IMG/VR virus record: IMGVR_UViG_3300010373_000054
Span: 1-56,806 of that record
DNA: 56,806 nt
Source: a virus
Lineage: Duplodnaviria > Caudoviricetes
Direction: 5' to 3' (one strand)
In this document: positions 56,295 to 56,806 of the stretch, in pieces
How the letters are laid out: every line of letters begins with the position of its first letter
How positions within the stretch are numbered: position 1 is the first letter of the stretch
Notes under the pieces: generated by a model
Database searches by the model: none
Told to the model about the DNA's origin: nothing
What the model saw: the letters and a program-made list of their open reading frames with translations, nothing else
Program-made: the position numbers and the translations under genes

Positions 56295-56806
56295 CAGAAC
56301 TTCTTTCCACCTTCCTTCAAACGGTTCTCGATCTTATGATCAGCGCGCTTTTGATTATATTCAAGCTTCTCTTCTAGAGCGCCCCAAACATCATAGCCGA
56401 ATTTTTCAGCGTATGCTATGATAAATGAAATAGCAAATTCGATGTCGTAAGATGCGGGGTCTTCTTGTGTGTGTGCATTATAAATGTCAAACACATAATG
56501 AGTTGCGTAAAGGAGGATTTCTGATTCGTTTTCTTCTTCAAGAATTACAGGTGTTTTACCGAAAAGCTCATAACCAAAACCAGCAGCAAAATCAAAAAGC
56601 CGGATCATAGCATCAGCAAGTTCAACTTCAATCATCTTGCGATGTGGCAAATGATCATCCATAAGATTCTTTCGAAGACCTTCAACACCTTCTGCAAGTT
56701 CAGTAACCACGAGCATTAGAAGCTCACCCGGATTACGATCCAGACGATTGCCGAATTGATCATGCCACCACTGATGATTAAGCTTGTGAATTCGTTGTGC
56801 GTATTC
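56294..56806 (-). CDS. MazG-like NTP pyrophosphohydrolase (5' truncated)
   Basis: 'TELAEGVEGLRK', 'EVELADAMIRLFD', 'EKLEYN..RADH'; frame open to window end. Confidence 0.85.
   Translation of the reverse strand, partial: EYAQRIHKLNHQWWHDQFGNRLDRNPGELLMLVVTELAEGVEGLRKNLMDDHLPHRKMIEVELADAMIRLFDFAAGFGYELFGKTPVILEEENESEILLYATHYVFDIYNAHTQEDPASYDIEFAISFIIAYAEKFGYDVWGALEEKLEYNQKRADHKIENRLKEGGKKF

Noticed and set aside
49331-56806. Z-genome (PurZ/DatZ/MazZ) cluster
   Set aside because: No PurZ in the window; the HD protein has YfbR/YfdR-type motifs
1-56806. Prophage or lysogeny module
   Set aside because: No integrase, repressor/cro pair, att site or host genes visible; the rest of the genome is unseen

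Overview
About 57 kb of an AT-rich, long-tailed (siphovirus-type, no sheath gene) bacteriophage genome, cut at both ends. The host is probably an alphaproteobacterium of the Rhizobiales; this is inferred from GTA-like tail genes and GC-rich prophage-like inserts. No integrase is seen. Layout: (i) 3' part of a SNF2 helicase (+); (ii) a minus-strand late region, about 1.5-27.4 kb, holding terminase small and large subunits, two tRNAs, portal, MuF, protease, scaffold, decoration, capsid, neck, tail tube, frameshifted chaperones, tape measure, tail tip and fibre, and a lysis cassette with a GH19-like endolysin and spanins; (iii) two convergent blocks of small early genes (+ 27.5-38.35 kb, - 38.4-52 kb) built from repeated terminator+promoter units; (iv) replication and nucleotide genes (TOPRIM-SF3 primase-helicase, ThyX, MazG-like, HD nucleotidase, glutaredoxin). 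Most notable: a candidate three-hairpin anti-Shine-Dalgarno sRNA behind the tRNAs; an HNH endonuclease flanked by a dead and a recoded copy of the endolysin 5' end; an array of small-gene cassettes bounded by terminator/promoter repeats; two homologous origin-like elements 15 kb apart; a family of domain-shuffled early paralogues; and an RBS-occluding hairpin/promoter switch. Protein calls come from motif recognition only; no database searches were run.
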